IMG/VR virus record: IMGVR_UViG_3300028805_004760
Coordinates: 96,001 to 160,000 of that record
DNA: 64,000 bases
Source: a virus
Lineage: Duplodnaviria > Caudoviricetes
Reading direction: 5' to 3' (one strand)
The notes beneath the pieces were generated by a model. It saw nothing but the letters and a program-made list of their open reading frames with translations, was not told the origin of the DNA and did no database searches. The translations under genes were made by a program, and so were the position numbers. Shown here piece after piece: positions 63,559 to 64,000 of this stretch (positions within the stretch are counted from its first letter, which is position 1; every line of letters starts with the position of its first letter).

Positions 63559-64000
63559 ATTTATAACACAGAAATATGAAGGTGATCTTTTAGAAAATAT
63601 GTTTAAACATATTGAGATTTGTGGTCGTAATTGTTACAAATCAGAAGATCATATTACAGATAAATCATATGAAGGATTTGTTAAAAATTTAATGGAACAT
63701 GAACATGGTGCTATGCTTGAACATGGTACTGTTTATTTAACAATTCCTATTGGTACACCAGTTGATGATATTCAATATATTTGGAAAACTGATATTGTTA
63801 AATTTTTTACTAATAATAAATATTCAGTTGTAAAAAGTAAAAGAATTAATAAAACAGTAGATGTAGAAATTAAAGGATATGGGTTAAAAAAACAAGCATC
63901 TGCAATATTTTATTTTATAACTACAAATTGGCGTGTTATTTGTGAAAATAAAGATTTTGAGATTCTCAAATATATGGGACAGTTTAAGTCTATAAGTGAA
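63533..64000 (+). CDS. thyX: FAD-dependent thymidylate synthase ThyX (5' part; missing from ORF track)
   Basis: Translation gives MNFVKPKFE..IEICGRNCYKSED..HGAMLEHGTVYL..YFITTNWRV. Confidence 0.85.
   Translation, partial: MNFVKPKFEFITQKYEGDLLENMFKHIEICGRNCYKSEDHITDKSYEGFVKNLMEHEHGAMLEHGTVYLTIPIGTPVDDIQYIWKTDIVKFFTNNKYSVVKSKRINKTVDVEIKGYGLKKQASAIFYFITTNWRVICENKDFEILKYMGQFKSISE

Overview
AT-rich segment of a large (jumbo/mega) dsDNA phage with T4-like core genes. The host is probably Bacteroidota, inferred from Bacteroidota-style lipoproteins and a GTTCTTTGACAT boxA. The gene content is reminiscent of Lak-like megaphages, but the window reads in the standard code. Bases 1-13.1 kb hold two minus-strand tRNA arrays with about 40 tRNAs, interleaved with tRNA-like and stem-closed ncRNA elements and a few ORFs. 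The best new observation: each array is preceded by an unannotated 37-codon leader ORF that overlaps an antiterminator for an intrinsic terminator, and the amino-acid and codon content of each leader mirrors the tRNA species of the array it precedes. This looks like a multi-tRNA-sensing transcription attenuator. The arrays also carry rrn-like boxA sites, a four-copy Y-RNA-like module joined to tRNA-like domains in different topologies, and permuted, armless and anticodon-less tRNA-like genes. The remainder encodes large putative virion proteins, an RNase H/5'-3' exonuclease, gp47/gp46 (Mre11/Rad50), PrfH, NAD-dependent ligase, a DenV-like glycosylase, a gp26/gp51-like pair, a Cas4-like nuclease, ThyX (truncated by the window edge), four glycosyltransferases and many small early genes behind a repeated promoter. 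All tRNA and protein calls were made by eye, and boundaries may be off by a few nucleotides.
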